Made by a program: the position numbers and the translations under genes
Notes under the pieces: model-generated
Database searches by the model: none
The model's input: only the letters and a program-made list of their open reading frames with translations
Told to the model about the DNA's origin: nothing
DNA from: Octopus vulgaris
Lineage: Eukaryota
Assembly: GCA_951406725.2 (NCBI GenBank)
Contig: OX597822.1
Span: forward strand, 115,754,001 to 115,818,000
DNA length: 64,000 nucleotides
Reading direction: 5' to 3'
In this document: positions 14,749 to 28,976 of the stretch, piece by piece
How the letters are laid out: the number at the start of each line of letters is the position of its first letter
Position numbering within the stretch: the first letter of the stretch is position 1

Positions 14749-15689
14749 AGAAGCTTGTTAGGTCGTTGGAAATTAACTTGATTCGTTTCGCAGCGTTTAT
14801 TCTTTTAATTACTTCTATTTAAGTAAAGCAATTAACTCTTCAAGAACATTGTACAATGGAATGGTTTATTTTATGTTCTACTATTCTTACGCCATCCTCT
14901 ACCCCCCCCCACACACACACACACACATTACACGTTTCCCTGCGTGGGAGGGGGAACGAGTTGTTGGAGTATTTAAGTGTACTTGAGTGTGTGTGTGTGT
15001 GTGCTTATACCAGTTTTAATGTTGTTTTGATTCATGTGTTTATGCAGATACATGTGTGTGTATGTGCGTGCGCATGTGCATGAGTAACAATGCGTTTAGA
15101 TATGTGTTGAAATGTTGTTGTTACTCTTATTTAGCTTCAAAAATCATTCTAATCAAACACGTCTATAATCAAAGACAGTCCATCAGTGGTTACCACAGGA
15201 TTTCTGTACTCTTGACTAAGTCCACTTCGAAGGCAGTAGCATAGGATTTGAGGGAGATCTGGTTGCTATGTCTAGCAAGATGAGGGATTATTTAAGGACT
15301 TGTCTCATTTGAATAGCTGAAAGCCGTAAACAGAATTTAGTTCAGCCACTTCAGAGAAGCATGCCAAAACTTCGGGTTCTTGTTGACGAACACTGAGATA
15401 AAACAGTACAAGGTGCCAAATCCCCCAAGTTCCATCAAAATTTTGCTTCATTTTCTCGCCAAACACATCTTCTTATATCAAAACATAAAATCCAATATAC
15501 CAGAAAACCAAAAGAATTTGTGCAGTTTTGGAACAGTTAACTACAGTGACATTTTCCCATATATGCTAGTTTCCACTGCTAAAATTTCCATACGTGTCAG
15601 AAGCCAGTGATACACACCAGTCGATCAGCCTGCTCTTTTACAATCTGTGTCTCTTTTCTATAACTTTGAACCCTTCTGAAAAGCTATCT

Positions 15690-16580
15690 GAAAGTAATGT
15701 CATTCGTGCTGATTTACTTTATGAGTTCAAACTTGGTTTAAAAGCTGCAATGGCGTCACGTAAGATATGCAAAACATCTGGAAAACATCCAACAACAGAA
15801 CGTACTTGTTTGCAATATTTGTTTCTGGAGATGAATACCAAACGATGTTCATCCATTGAAGATGGACAATGTAAGGGAAGAGATCTCCATTATTGATATT
15901 TAAGAGTTGTTTGTTGCTGTTGAATATAATTCTAAAATAATGTGTCGAGAACTTTTGCAAATGTTCAATATATATATGCTGAAACTGTTAGCTTATAATT
16001 GCTTCAACAACGAGAATCGTGGAATCTGAGCAAATGGGCTCTACACGCATTATCAGACGACAATAAACTTCAGAGGTTATCAATTTGTTCTTAGCTCATT
16101 TCACTTTAACAAAAAGGCAGAAAACGTATCATTTTTTTAGTTGTTTACTCACTTGTGATGAAAAATGTGTCTTATGGTCAAAGAAGAAAATGGCACGATC
16201 CGTTCCCACGAGGCCATGATTAGTGGGCCTGTATTGTCCACTATGAGTTTCTCGTTGCAGGCCAAACAATTATGGCTACTCCATGCAACTTACGTTTATG
16301 CAGGATAGCTTGCTTCAGAAGCAGCCAGGTTTAGTTAACTAAAATAAAATGGTATTCATACAAGACAATACAACGCTTTATACTGCAAAGCTGACCTGTG
16401 GGCCAATTTATGCCTTGAGATGGCATCTACTCTCGTTTGCATCACATTCTTCAGACATTTCTCCTCTTTTTTCGTCGCTAAACAATCATATACAAAACAG
16501 AAAGGGAATAAGATAGCCAGGTTTTTGTTTCTCTTCTAAAGACAAAACGTTATATAAGTAAGACTAAACCAATATGTTTC
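15690..16580 (+). mobile_element. Highly decayed mariner transposase relic
   Basis: IRADLLYEFKLG..AAMASRKIC, WALHALS (WVPHEL-like), TCDEK and QDN fragments in broken frames. Confidence 0.65.
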
Positions 16581-18389
16581 TCGATGGGAAAGGGTGGTGT
16601 CGTTTTGTGAAGGTGCCTATTTCGACAAGTAATACATGCAGTAAACATTTCCGCAGTTGCTCAAATTTTATTATAAAGAAACTGCACAAACTTTTTGGGT
16701 TACTCGATATTTGTTGGGAAAAGTATAAGGAATCTATGTCTGAAGACAACTCGCATAAAGACTCGGAACAATACGGAAAGTCCTCAGTCGATCTCCATAG
16801 AGGATACATTCAACTTTATTCGTTACTAAATGGAAGATTTGGTAGAGTTAATGTGTGGAATACCTTTCAATATTTGCATGCAGTCGCCAAAAAGACAGCA
16901 TCAAAACACAGAGTTGTGCGGTGTTCAGAGAAGCATTGTACAAAAGCATTTATCTGGGTGAGTATAATAAAAAAAACTCGAGTCAAAACTGATACCAAAT
17001 CAAAGAAATTACTATAAAGAAATAAGCTGACCGATCTTCGCAAAGTGGTCCAGGATTCTTTTCTTAAATGCATCTGAAGAAACTAACAACGTATTTCTTA
17101 GCAACCTGATCTTTCCAAAATATCACTTGCTGCAGATTCTCGCTGCGTAGGTGTAACACTTTCGACAGATTGAAGAGCTGCTCATTTCATTAAATTTAAC
17201 ATCCTGCAACATTAGCAGGCATCCAAGGTACCCAAGTATGACAGTTATCCAGAAAAGTTATCAAGTGATTGTGTGAAAGGAATATAAAACCTTACATTGA
17301 TGCCACAGATTCAGAGATGAAGAGACATGAAACCCAATGATATCACAAGCGAAAGAACACTGTTGTTTGCAGTGGTCTCCACCAAATTCTGCCGAATGAG
17401 AGATATTTGCTGTTGTTTGTACTCGTTATGAAAACAGTTTCCCTTCGTTGGCTTACAACCGTCTTCCTTATAAGGAAGACGGTGTAGAGTTTCTCTCTTC
17501 CTCCACCGCTGATGTGACACAGATTAAAGAATCTGCCTGAAATGTTTTCTCTCCTGCAGCAATCCATATCCGTAACCTAATATCCCAAACCTATAGTAGC
17601 TTCCCCAAGTAAGGAAGTAGAATAATGAACACAATCTATTCTGTAGGGAGCCAATTTTTCCGTCAAGCACCGAATTTAGGAACCATTCTTTTTTTTTCTT
17701 TTTTTTTTTTTACAGGAACACTTATTTGATATTCCTGAAGCAAGAATTACTCGTTGTTCTTAGAAATCCACCTTTTCTACTTTGCAATAAGCCTCGTCCG
17801 ATAGTTTAAAAAATGCTTCCACACGTTATAGAAGCAAATAAGTTATGACAGGACGGATCAAGTAACAGTTTTTATGTTTTCCTTTCAAGAATTCCTCTCT
17901 TCTCCATAGAAATATCCTGCAAAGTTAAACAACTTGTATTTCAACTGCATCTTGCTTTTGCAGAAGAACAAAATTATGAAGTTTCTCGAATAAATTTGGA
18001 ATCGCATAACTTTTCTCACGCTCGACTGGACGTTATATTTCGCAGAGTTAGAAACAGCAGAAAATTATTTTTATTAACTCGCAGGAAAAAAAAGAATGAT
18101 GTACGGCCGCAAGCATTGCAATACATTTTGGAAAAGTAAGTTAATGATCGGGAAAATAATTCATTAAAGTAATTGTGTAAATTACTAGAATATTTTTTTA
18201 ATTAATATTTTCTCAGAAAATAAAAAAAATGTAAGTCAACGAGAGTTACTTTTGCGTTCGTTTCTCGAGGCTCCAAAGTTCAACAATTCCTCAGCACAAT
18301 TTCTCGCCATTTGCTACATCAGTCACCTTCTTCGTGATGTACAACCTTCTGAGATAAGCTTTCATTAATTCTTGTCAAGCCAATATTAG

Positions 18390-18433
<44 letters not shown>

Positions 18434-18602
18434 GAAGGTTCATAGTACCTTGTATTGCTTGGCACTACTTTACGCAATTACCATCTTTCGTACAGGAAAT
18501 TCCAACCAACAACTGGTTGTGAACTCCTTTCTTTAGGAGCAGGAAAACTGAGTCTTGATGTATATCAACCTGAACGCTAAATTCTTCGCTGATCTCGTTC
18601 TC

Positions 18603-19025
18603 AGACGTGGCTGTGTGGTAAGAAGCTTGTTTTCTGACCACATGGTTCCGAGTTCAGTCCCACTACGTGATACCTTAGGCAATTGTCTTCTTCTATATCT
18701 TTGGGCTCACCAAAGCTTCGTGAATAGATTTGGTAGACGGAAACTGAAAGAAGTCCGTCATATGTGTGTGCGTGCGTGCGTGCGTGCGTGTGCGTGTGTG
18801 TGTGTCTAAGTATTTGTGTTTGTCCCCCACCACCGCTTTACAACCGGTGTGGTGTGATTACCTTCCCATAACTTGGCGGTTCGGCAAAGGAGATCGATAG
18901 GATAAGTGCCAAGCTTTAAAAAACGAAAAAATAAGTATTGGGGTCGATTTATTCAACTAAAAATTCTTCAAAGTTGTGTCCCAGAATGGCCGCAGTCTAA
19001 TGACTGAAACAGGAAAAAGATAAAA
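18603..19025 (+). mobile_element. SINE family A
   Basis: Same head, core and tail as the 13153 copy. Confidence 0.85.
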
Positions 19026-19269
19026 AATATAATAAATGATTCCCATCTTACTGACAGCATCTCTGTACATGGCTTACATAATTCTCACAAATTTTTGCAG
19101 CTTCTGCCGATGTTTCGTGGATCAGAATTGATTTTTCTGTAACATTTTCCAACAGCATTTTCTGTCATGTATACTTGTCTCTGTGTGTATGTGTGTGCTC
19201 GTGCGTGCGTGCGTGCGTGTATGCGTATATGCGTGCTTGTGCGTGTATGAGTGTGTGTATTAAAACATT

Positions 19270-19503
19270 ACTTATTTCTTTACTACCCTCAAGGGGCTAC
19301 ACACAGAGGGGACAAACAAGAACAGACAAACGGATTGAGTCGATTATATCGACACCAGTGCGTAACTGGTACTTATTCAATCGATCCCGAAAGGATGAAA
19401 GGCAAAGTCGACCTCGGCGGAATTGGAACTCAGAAAGTAGCGGCAGACGAAATACGGCTACGCATTTCGCCCGGTGTGCTAACCACTCTGCCAGCTCGCC
19501 GCC
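19270..19503 (-). mobile_element. SINE family B
   Basis: cccgaaaggatgaaaggcaaagtcgacctcggcggaatt core; ends gccagctcgccgcc. Confidence 0.85.
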
Positions 19504-19725
19504 TTCGTGTATTAAAACAATGCTATTATTTTAAAGCACTTGCAAGAATAATAATGAAGCAGTCGCTGTTGATACGAATCTATATTGAGACTAGAGTCGA
19601 ATTTATAGCAATGTTCACGTCGACAGACAGTTCAAGATCTTCACAATACACACACATACACACACACACATTCACATCTACCCATCTATCTATCCATACA
19701 TACATACACAACTCCCCACCCACCA

Positions 19726-19760
<35 letters not shown>

Positions 19761-20162
19761 ACACGCACACACACACACATACACGCACATTCGCAGACTT
19801 AAAGTGGCATGGCCGAAATTCTAATCCTGTCCCTGGCTGATCAAGCTGACAATTGCCAACATGTCTTTTTTTAAATTGAATCTGAGCTATTTCGATGGTC
19901 AAGGAAACCCAGCGTTTTCCTCTTCTCTATTTTTATTTTTATTTCCATTGCGCATCCATCGAGTTGATTCTTATCGTAACGTGTTTTAATCTGGCTTAAA
20001 ACTGCATCGAGCCGTATTTATGAAAATTTAAGGGTATCGCTTTAACATTTTATAGATAACTACCTTAAAAGCCGCACTCCGCGCGGACGTTTGAGCTCGA
20101 TCCTGCGAACAGCTAATTGAGCTTGCAGACACTCTCAAGAAGACATCTGAAAAATTTATATT

Positions 20163-20547
20163 TTACCTTTACTTATTCCAGTCATTTGGTTGAGGCCATG
20201 CTGGAGCACCACCTTGAAGCGTTTTAATCAAACAAATCGACCTTTTTTAAGTCTAGTACTTATTCTATCGGTTTTTTGTGCCGAACTATGTTACGGAGCG
20301 TAAACACACCATCACCGGTTGTCAAGCGGTAGAGGTGGACAAACGCAGATACAAAAACACATACACATAGATATATATAGATATACGACTGGCTTCTTTC
20401 AGTTTCTGCCAACAAAATCCTATCACAAGACTTTGTTCGATCCGAGGCTATAGTAGAAAACACATGCCTAAGGTACCACGCAGCGGGACTGAACCCGGAA
20501 CCATGTGGTTGGGAAACAAGCTTCTTAACACATAGCCACGCCTGCGT
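20163..20547 (-). mobile_element. SINE family A
   Basis: Homologous to the 13153 copy. Confidence 0.85.
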
Positions 20548-20789
20548 CTCTCTGTTAAATTTGATTTTACAACTTTGATAATAATAAAGGTACACGTTAT
20601 GAAAGAGCTGTCTGGCACGTGCCATCATGTTATTCCATCTTCGTAGGTATCATTGGTGTAATATCGATAATGCATATACAACATCGATTTTCCGGAACCT
20701 TTGATTTCAAAGTCTTTCCGGAATACCAATCCTCTTGAAACCAACGGTGGTCACCTTGGTCAACACACTCTACATTGAATAAACATTAA

Positions 20790-21009
20790 CCATTTGGCAT
20801 TCAAACTGGCCAAATCCGGCTCAAATATTCTACCTGTTTTATGTTCAAACTGGCTAGTTCCAGCCTTTCATAACTACCCTGCAATGTCATTCTAAAAATA
20901 CATAATTACGCCATGCAAATCTTGAAGCGACACGATAATGCATGCTTAATTCAAAACAATGCAAATTAATAACTATTAAATATGACAGAGTAATCTAGAT
21001 GCTAAAGGG
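20790..21009. mobile_element. piggyBac-type MITE
   Basis: TTAA|ccatttggcat ... atgctaaaggg|TTAA: imperfect CCCTTTAGCAT TIRs with TTAA TSD. Confidence 0.7.
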
Positions 21010-21108
21010 TTAAATTTACGTAAATAATAAAATGAAATTCAAGGAGATACCTGTACATTTATATATATATATGGATAGATAATATAGATATATATTATAT
21101 ATATATGA

Positions 21109-21171
<63 letters not shown>

Positions 21172-21376
21172 AAATGGATAAATGAATTATCTTGTTACGG
21201 ATTATTCAAATTATAACCGATACCTGGGTAGCAAAAATCACAACAGAAAAATCACGTTTGAGGTTACGACCATGGGCTCTCAAAACCGTGCCTTAGTGCG
21301 GAAATTTGAAGTTTTATATATTTAGTGAGGGAAGAAATGGAGCTGAACGAAGATTTTACAAAATTCCTTTTTATTA

Positions 21377-21460
21377 TTTTCTACATATGTTTCAAAGGCT
21401 GCAAAGTCCCTAATTCGGATTGAATAAGGAGACCATTTTGCAGCTTTCTCTTCAGGAAAA
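21377..21460 (-). ncRNA. Type I hammerhead ribozyme with long stem II, in a TA-flanked pLTR-like insert (21170-21528)
   Basis: ttttc CTGAAGA gaaagctgcaaa...tttgcagccttt GAAA catatg TA gaaaa: intact core, 5-bp stem I, palindromic ACAUAUGU stem III. Confidence 0.85.
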
Positions 21461-21527
21461 TCCAGGAACTTAAATCTCCAACAAAATGCGCAGCAAGCTT
21501 TTCGACAAACGCTCTCTAGGAGCCTAA

Positions 21528-21574
<47 letters not shown>

Positions 21575-21631
21575 TGTATGTATGTATGTATGTATGTATG
21601 TATGTATGTGCATATATATGTATAGATAGAT

Positions 21632-21684
<53 letters not shown>

Positions 21685-21927
21685 GAGTGATAAGCGCGGA
21701 TACTGGCATATGATTGGACGAATCTGTATAAATATTCGTGACTATATTTCTTTGAATATTGTGTTGGGGATGAGAAATAAGCCATTTTACTGCTTTAATC
21801 TCGAAATTCGACCAATACGCAATTGACTGTGGAGTTTTATTTGTATTTTTCCTTTGCTCATCGACAACCCATATTTTTACAGGAGCTAAAGGTGGTTTTA
21901 TAACGTATTTTTTTCTTTGGCTTATAT

Positions 21928-22043
21928 ACCAAATCCACTCACAAGGCTTTGGTCGGCCCGAGGCTGTAATAGAAGACACTTGCCCAAGGTGCCACGCAGT
22001 GGGTCTGAACCCGGAACCATGTGGTTGGTAAGCAAGCTACTTA
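21928..22043 (-). mobile_element. SINE family A, 5' half
   Basis: tRNA-like head matching the other copies. Confidence 0.8.
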
Positions 22044-22199
22044 CCACACAACCACCTGCACCTATAAAAATATATGAATATATAGATGTATACATTAAAA
22101 ATATATTGAAAAAAATAAATACATATGTAGGTCGACTCACAGATTATAAAATGAAATCATAAAAACAGTTAAGACTATAAAAATGTTTGGGTATTACTA

Positions 22200-23240
22200 A
22201 TCCGGTTAATAAACCTACGGCCGTTTCTGGTGGTCCAGTTGTCCTGTCATATAAAAAATATTTACATCCGTTATACGACATCACCTCCTTCATCAGAAAA
22301 AATAAGTCCCTAAAAAATCTCACGTGTACTGCTCATGTTTTAATGGGAATTACCTACTGAGTATTTTTTAGAGCTATATGCAGAAGACCAAGGAATGGAA
22401 GTGTTTTTGAGTGGTTGGAGGAGGAAATACAATGCATGATATAATAAGGCTACATGTGGCTCTAATGGTAGGGATGGGGAGTGTTGTATTATTTTACAGA
22501 AAAAGTTTCAATTGGTGTGGAGGCTGGTTCTCACCTCTATCCTCAATCATAATGCATAAATGTTGAATAAAACGTGTTTGCAAGAGTAGATAGTATCAGA
22601 ACATTTATTTAATATCGACGAGTTGTGTAGACGGAGAATAATAAATGACACTTTTAAGCATAGCTTGCTTTTGCCTATCTTTCTATTATAAGGAGGAGCT
22701 TCTTTTATAATGGACCAAGCCAGTGTATATTGTATGTTTTATGATTTAAGATCCTGTATGTGTGTGGCTAATGATGTCGAAAATTTGTATTTTATCATAT
22801 TGAAAGAATTTAAGTGAGCCCTACATCGCCGTTTAAAATCTATGGTGCTTAGTGTTTACTTAGTATTTCTACAAGACATTTATAAACTACATTTTTACGC
22901 AGACAGAAGCCTCCAAGCGGGCACGAATTAGGTATATGACAATTACAGGTGTTCTTTATTGCTCCACCATTTATATTACTTGTGCTATTTTTGGACTAAT
23001 ATGGGGTCCTAGTGTGTATTAGTCCGAAGCTGAATTTTATATATATTAATAGAGGCTATTATATTTCCTAAATTTGGTGTGGTGGAGTAAGATAATTTGA
23101 CTAACGATTTGTTAAAGATTTGTTGCGAAAAGTTTGATTTCAGAATTTTAAAAAATAATTCAGGCAAAGGTTTAACCTTTACAGAAAAGGTGAGGGGCGT
23201 ACCATAGGATTTCTCGTGTTCTACCTCAGTGTCCACTGGC
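22200..23240 (-). mobile_element. Penelope-like retroelement relic (GIY-YIG endonuclease region + pLTR with hammerhead)
   Basis: Broken frames give IFNKSLVKLSYSTTPNLGNII, CNCHIPNSCPLGGFCLRKNVVYKC, FKRRCRAHLNSF, STSLATHIQDLK, WSII, APPYN..KLCLK and LNKCS..SCKH; hammerhead core at 22211-22300. Confidence 0.8.
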
Positions 23241-23262
23241 GTGTAATATATGCGTGTATATA

Positions 23263-23302
<40 letters not shown>

Positions 23303-23641
23303 CATGTCATGGAATGAACAATTCTCACGGAAACTGTCCCATATTCCTATAGTTATGAAGCCGTTTAACCTGTTTCAATAAGCTGCTAACATGTTACAAA
23401 CAAGAAAAATGTGATCTAAACAAATGACTCAATAACTTAGCATGCAGACAAAGGTTCGGGTATATGTATATATGGATAGGTGGATGGATGTATACATGCA
23501 TGCATGTATGTCTGTATGCATGCGTGCATGCTTGCACGTATATATACAGCATCTATGTGTTGTGTATGTCCATGTTGTTTATGTATGTATGTATGTATGT
23601 ATGTATGTATATATGTATGTATGTATGTATCTATGTATGTA

Positions 23642-24539
23642 TTGGGTCGTCCCATAAATAAAGCAGTTTTTACAATTGCATAAGCTAAAAGTCGGAGCGG
23701 GGACTGGATAAATTACCTGCATCAACTTGTTATAAAAGCAGGTAGTAATTTTACCTCGTACTTATTCTTAGTGCAAGTTTTGAAGAGTGCAGTTCGATTT
23801 TAACAGCTATTTTTCCAAAGCTGTCATAGAGGTGACAAAGGAGCCTATTCGGCACATTTTGCTTTATGAGTTCAATAAAGACAACCAACGCAACGGAAAG
23901 TGCGAGGAATATTAATACAGTATAGGGGGATCAGTCAATAAGCGTAAGCCAGTGACAACAGTAGTTCCAGAAATTCGGAGCCGGAAACTACAGCCTAGAA
24001 GACGAGCTTCGTCATGGAAGATCTGTAAAGCTCAACGAGGACGTCCTGCAAAACCTGGTGGAATAAAATCCCATCGTAACTGTTGAGCAAAGAAGCTTCG
24101 ATTTGATCATTCAACCATTCATCGACACCAGAGCTAGAAGTAAAACGACCATTTTTCTATCAGGATAATGCTCGGTTACATACAGCGAGGATGACATTCA
24201 AAAGGCTGGAGCAGTTTGAATGTAAAACGATGCCCCACCCATCATATTCGCTGGACAATGCCCCATCTAATTATCAATTTAATCTGCAGTCTTCAAAATC
24301 ATTTGGATGAAAAAAATATGAACTCTGTAGACGAGGTCAGAAAATTATTGGAGGAATATTTTTCGCCACGGACAAGTGAATTTTGGAAGAGGAGCTTTGC
24401 AAGTCTACCAGAGAGATGGAAAAGCATTGTAGAAAATGAAGAAAAGTATATTTTAGATTAAAAAAGAACTTTGTTTATCTTAATTTCGAAAAAAAAAAAG
24501 AAGTATAAAAAAAATTGCATTATTTATGGGATGACCCAA
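23642..24539 (+). mobile_element. Internally deleted mariner element
   Basis: TIRs ttgggtcgtcccataaataa / ttatttatgggatgacccaa, TA TSD; fragments IRHILLYEFNK, SLEDELRHGR, QDNAR, HPSYSLD and LPERWKSIVENEEKYILD. Confidence 0.92.
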
Positions 24540-24699
24540 TACAAGAAAACGTGAGTTAAAAGACCATTTTTAAAGCATTCCACGAAAATGTACAAATTCC
24601 TACCGACAAGGTGAACTGGTTTAGAATGTAACATTGGTTTCAAATTCCTGGATAGACTGACGTATCATCTCGCAACTTATTCGTGAAGAGAGAACATAT

Positions 24700-24916
24700 A
24701 TTCTTTTCAACTCTAGGCACAAGGCCTGAAATTTTGGTGGGAAGGGACCAGTCCACTAGATCGATTCCAGTACGCAACTGGTACTTATTTAATCGACCCC
24801 GAAAGGATGAAAGGCAAAGTCGACCTCGGCGGAATTTGAAATCAGAACGTAACGGCAGACGAAATACCGCAAAGCATTTCGCCCGGCGTGCTAACGTTTC
24901 TGCCAGCTCGCCGCCT
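24700..24916 (-). mobile_element. SINE family B (CpG-rich copy)
   Basis: Full head and core; about 15 CpGs retained. Confidence 0.88.
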
Positions 24917-25053
24917 TAAAGAGAGCGTATATTAATGAAGTGGAGTCGCAGTGTAGGAAAATTTTGTACACAGGCAAGAGTTGATTTCTACCATGTATGT
25001 ATGTATGTATGTATGTATGTATGTATGTATGTATGTATGTATGTATATCTATC

Positions 25054-25099
<46 letters not shown>

Positions 25100-25220
25100 T
25101 GAGATGTGTGTATGTGTGTAAGAATGAATGTGCCAGCATACGTAAGTGAGCATTTGCTGGTGTGTACGTGTCTGTTTATCTATGTATGCTTGTAACATTG
25201 TTTTGTACATATACATAACA

Positions 25221-25270
<50 letters not shown>

Positions 25271-25376
25271 ACAAACTACGACATACACGAGTATTGAGCA
25301 TTGAATAGTTTTTCTCCCATTTGTGCATCCAAATCTGTTCGTAAGCATGTATATTATGTGTATATGTATATGTGTG

Positions 25377-25457
<81 letters not shown>

Positions 25458-26251
25458 TAATATATATACTCATTCATACATACATACGCACACACACATA
25501 TATATATGCATATATATATATATATATATATATGTGTATATATATACATATACATTTATACATAAATACATACAAATATACATAAATATATACATGTATA
25601 CATACATACATATATATGTGTGTATGTATGTAACATCCTGTTCTATGGAAACCGTAATGAAATGAATTGCATTGTAAAGAGTCTTGGCTGTGTATCGAAT
25701 GAAATGCTAATGTTATGTAAACCAAGGCAATACTTTTACTCATTGTAAGCTGTGGTGCATGAACATAATATGGCCTTTCAACCCATTTCTATTCACATTC
25801 ATAATAGAACTGACATGCATCCATTACTGATTTTTGCGTTCACTCTTCTAATATGTTCTGTAAGTGATACGTCAAAACGAATTTTACACATTTATATTTC
25901 ATAGTACATGTTCATAGGATCTATAATAGAAATGGATGCAGGGATGATGTAGCTCTGTATTCTCGTTGCAAGCGGCTCCTTTAGTTCTGGTGACACGATG
26001 AAAGTGAAATCAAACCGTGTTACAAAGTCGTTGGGGGTGAGAGGACAACCTACGCCGCTGATATTAGAACGGACGATGGCGATGTAGACTCTGAAATTCG
26101 CATTTCAGACTTCACCTGCGACAATAGTTACAAAGTGGCGCAAGGACCGAACTTTGTGCATTGGCACTTATCAAATGTATGTATTAGCAATCACCCAACC
26201 AACCTACACGCACACACATACACACATACACACATACATAACATATATGTA

Positions 26252-26297
<46 letters not shown>

Positions 26298-26618
26298 TAC
26301 AAATATATATACATATATGTTATAGCTTGCTTACCAACCACATGGTTCTGGGTCTTTTGAAACGTGCGTATGTATTGAATCCAATTTTGTATTAAATCTA
26401 ATTTTGATTCAACATCTCTTTCTCCTCCATTTTTTAATACCTGTTCATGGTATATTTACACCTTTAACGATATTTTTCAACTATTATTTTCATATTCTTA
26501 TTACTTGCTCTGGATGTTATTTTTTATCTGATGAATCTTTATTAGAAATCATTATTTTTTTCTCTCTTTTTGGATCTCTCAAAAAGTTTGAATTATTCTT
26601 TTTGAACTTATTTTTTCT

Positions 26619-26657
<39 letters not shown>

Positions 26658-28054
26658 GTTCTGTCTGTGTGTGAGTGTGTGTAAAAGATGATAACGGCCG
26701 TATTTTTCAACCGATCGTGCTAAAGTTTTGCACATAGGTAAAAAGGTATCACCGTGAGTGCATCAGTTAAATTTCATAACATAATCGTTAGTTTCAAAGT
26801 GAGATTTCGCCTTTTTTAATCAAGATCTTGATGGAAAATCCGATTTCAATAGCGCTTATTGGCCATCATTCCGCAAATCACGTACGAACAGCCGCTATAT
26901 TCGTCCAATCAGCATCAGATCATTAATTACATTAAAGCCTTTCAAGCAATTTCATGAAAGAACATATGTAATTGCATTCTAGAATGCATCCAGGCACGCC
27001 TTTTCCTTGGCTTACATTACGAACGCTTTCCCTCATTCGGCTTCCTATCCATTATCCATCCGGGTAACTGACCGTCCCTCAAAGAACACTATACTACCTC
27101 TGTTTCATTATGATGGTCTCTATACTTGTTAAATAAACTTGCTGAAGCAAGTTTGTATCCCGCACAAAGGATTTTCAAGAGATTCTCATAATACTACACA
27201 ATCACTATTAATGGAAACACCGTCGGTGGTTATGTTGTGTTCTAGATGTTGAAGTTGCTTGCTATATATTATTCGTGTTTCCCAGCAGTACTCTAAGCAC
27301 ATGTTCCTGACACGTATCCTTTTTTTCCCCCTTTTAACTGGCTTTGGTATATGACTGTTCTGGGTCTCTTTTCGATCAGCGACTTTTCAGACCCTGCGGC
27401 TGATTGTTTTTCATCCAGAATATTGAATCGAGAAATTGTACTACCGTGTATGCAAACTGCATTCTCTTTAACAAAGATGGTAAGAAGATGGTGTGCTCTT
27501 GTAGGCACTGATTGCTACATAAGGACCCTGTTTTTGACATTAATTGTTAATCCAAACATCTCACATATTACCGAGAAGTAGTCAATCAATATCTGCAAGT
27601 CAAACTCAAAGTGAGAAACTAGATCACTTGTCAGCAGCATAGATAGACGAAATTCTTTGAAGATCACAGAAATCAAGGGATGTTATGCAGTCTCGTGTCG
27701 TGCCGTATTTCATAGAAGTGTCAGTGTTTTATTATCAGTAAATTCTTTCTTTAACACATCAGCAAATATGGCAAAATAAGTGGGAGCATGGAAGTCAACT
27801 TGCTTTCTCCATTTAAGACAAAAGCTGGCCTTAACGGTTTCCTTTAAAGAATATAATCGAATGAGGTTTACTATCTTTCCAGATCAACCCAACTTCAAGA
27901 GGATGCTCCCAAGGGTCTCTATGTTAATAGTGCTTAATATAAACTTTTGTGAGGCCTATAAAACATCAGTAGGAGCCGAATTGTTGAACTGTGCACTTCG
28001 CTTGAACCTACTAAGCAGTGACTATTATGTCTGTGTGTGTCTATATGTACACAA

Positions 28055-28372
28055 CTGGCAGTCCATCGGTTGCGTCGACGATGATCCCCGTTGATCCGAT
28101 CAACGGAACAGCCTGCTCGTGAAATTTAAGTGCAAGTGGCTGAGCACTCCGCAGACACGTGCATCCGTAACGCGGTTTTCAGGGACTTTCAGCGTCACAC
28201 AGAATGTGATAAGGCTGGCCCTGTTTTAATTACAGATACAACTCATTTTCTGCCAGCTGAGTGGACTGGAGCTAGGCGAAATAAAGTGTCTTGCTCAAGG
28301 AATCGAACTCAGCGGGAATCGAACTCACGGTCGTGAGCCGAATACCCCTAACCACTAAGCCATGTGCCTTCA
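28055..28372 (-). mobile_element. SINE family C
   Basis: Head ggcacatggcttagtggttagggg...gagttcgattccc; body shared with the 7628 and 33000 copies. Confidence 0.8.
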
Positions 28373-28833
28373 TATGGGTACACATACAAACAAACAAACA
28401 TACACACAAATGCCCATTGTTAAAGTCAAGCATTTTTCATTTTTATGCACAGCATCCCAGATGCCTCAGGTAATTTCATATTGCCATTAAACACCTTTCT
28501 TACAGATTGCCTTCATGTCCATAGAAATATTGTGCATGCTTTTTGTACCGATTCTTCAGTCAATTAAACGGCGTTCGAAACGATAATTTTTCCAGATTTC
28601 CAGATTTTCAGATTTTCATGCCCATATCTGCAAACAAAACGTGTTCCTTTTTGAATACCCGCTCATTTTTTATTTAACGTCTCGACTACATCAAATAATC
28701 CTCAATTTTAAGCATAGACAGAGGCGGAATTACACTATTCTAGACTCCAGTCTTATCACGAACTTACACCGTCCAATGGGCAGTGGGCGGGGAGGCCTTT
28801 GCTAGTATATATATACATATATTATATATATAT

Positions 28834-28933
<100 letters not shown>

Positions 28934-28976
28934 GGAATAATTACTATGAAGCGTTGTATAGAATATATTGTATAGA

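Noticed and set aside
26520-26560. CTGATGA...GAAA hammerhead-like core
   Set aside because: Stems I, II and III do not pair; at best a decayed relic.
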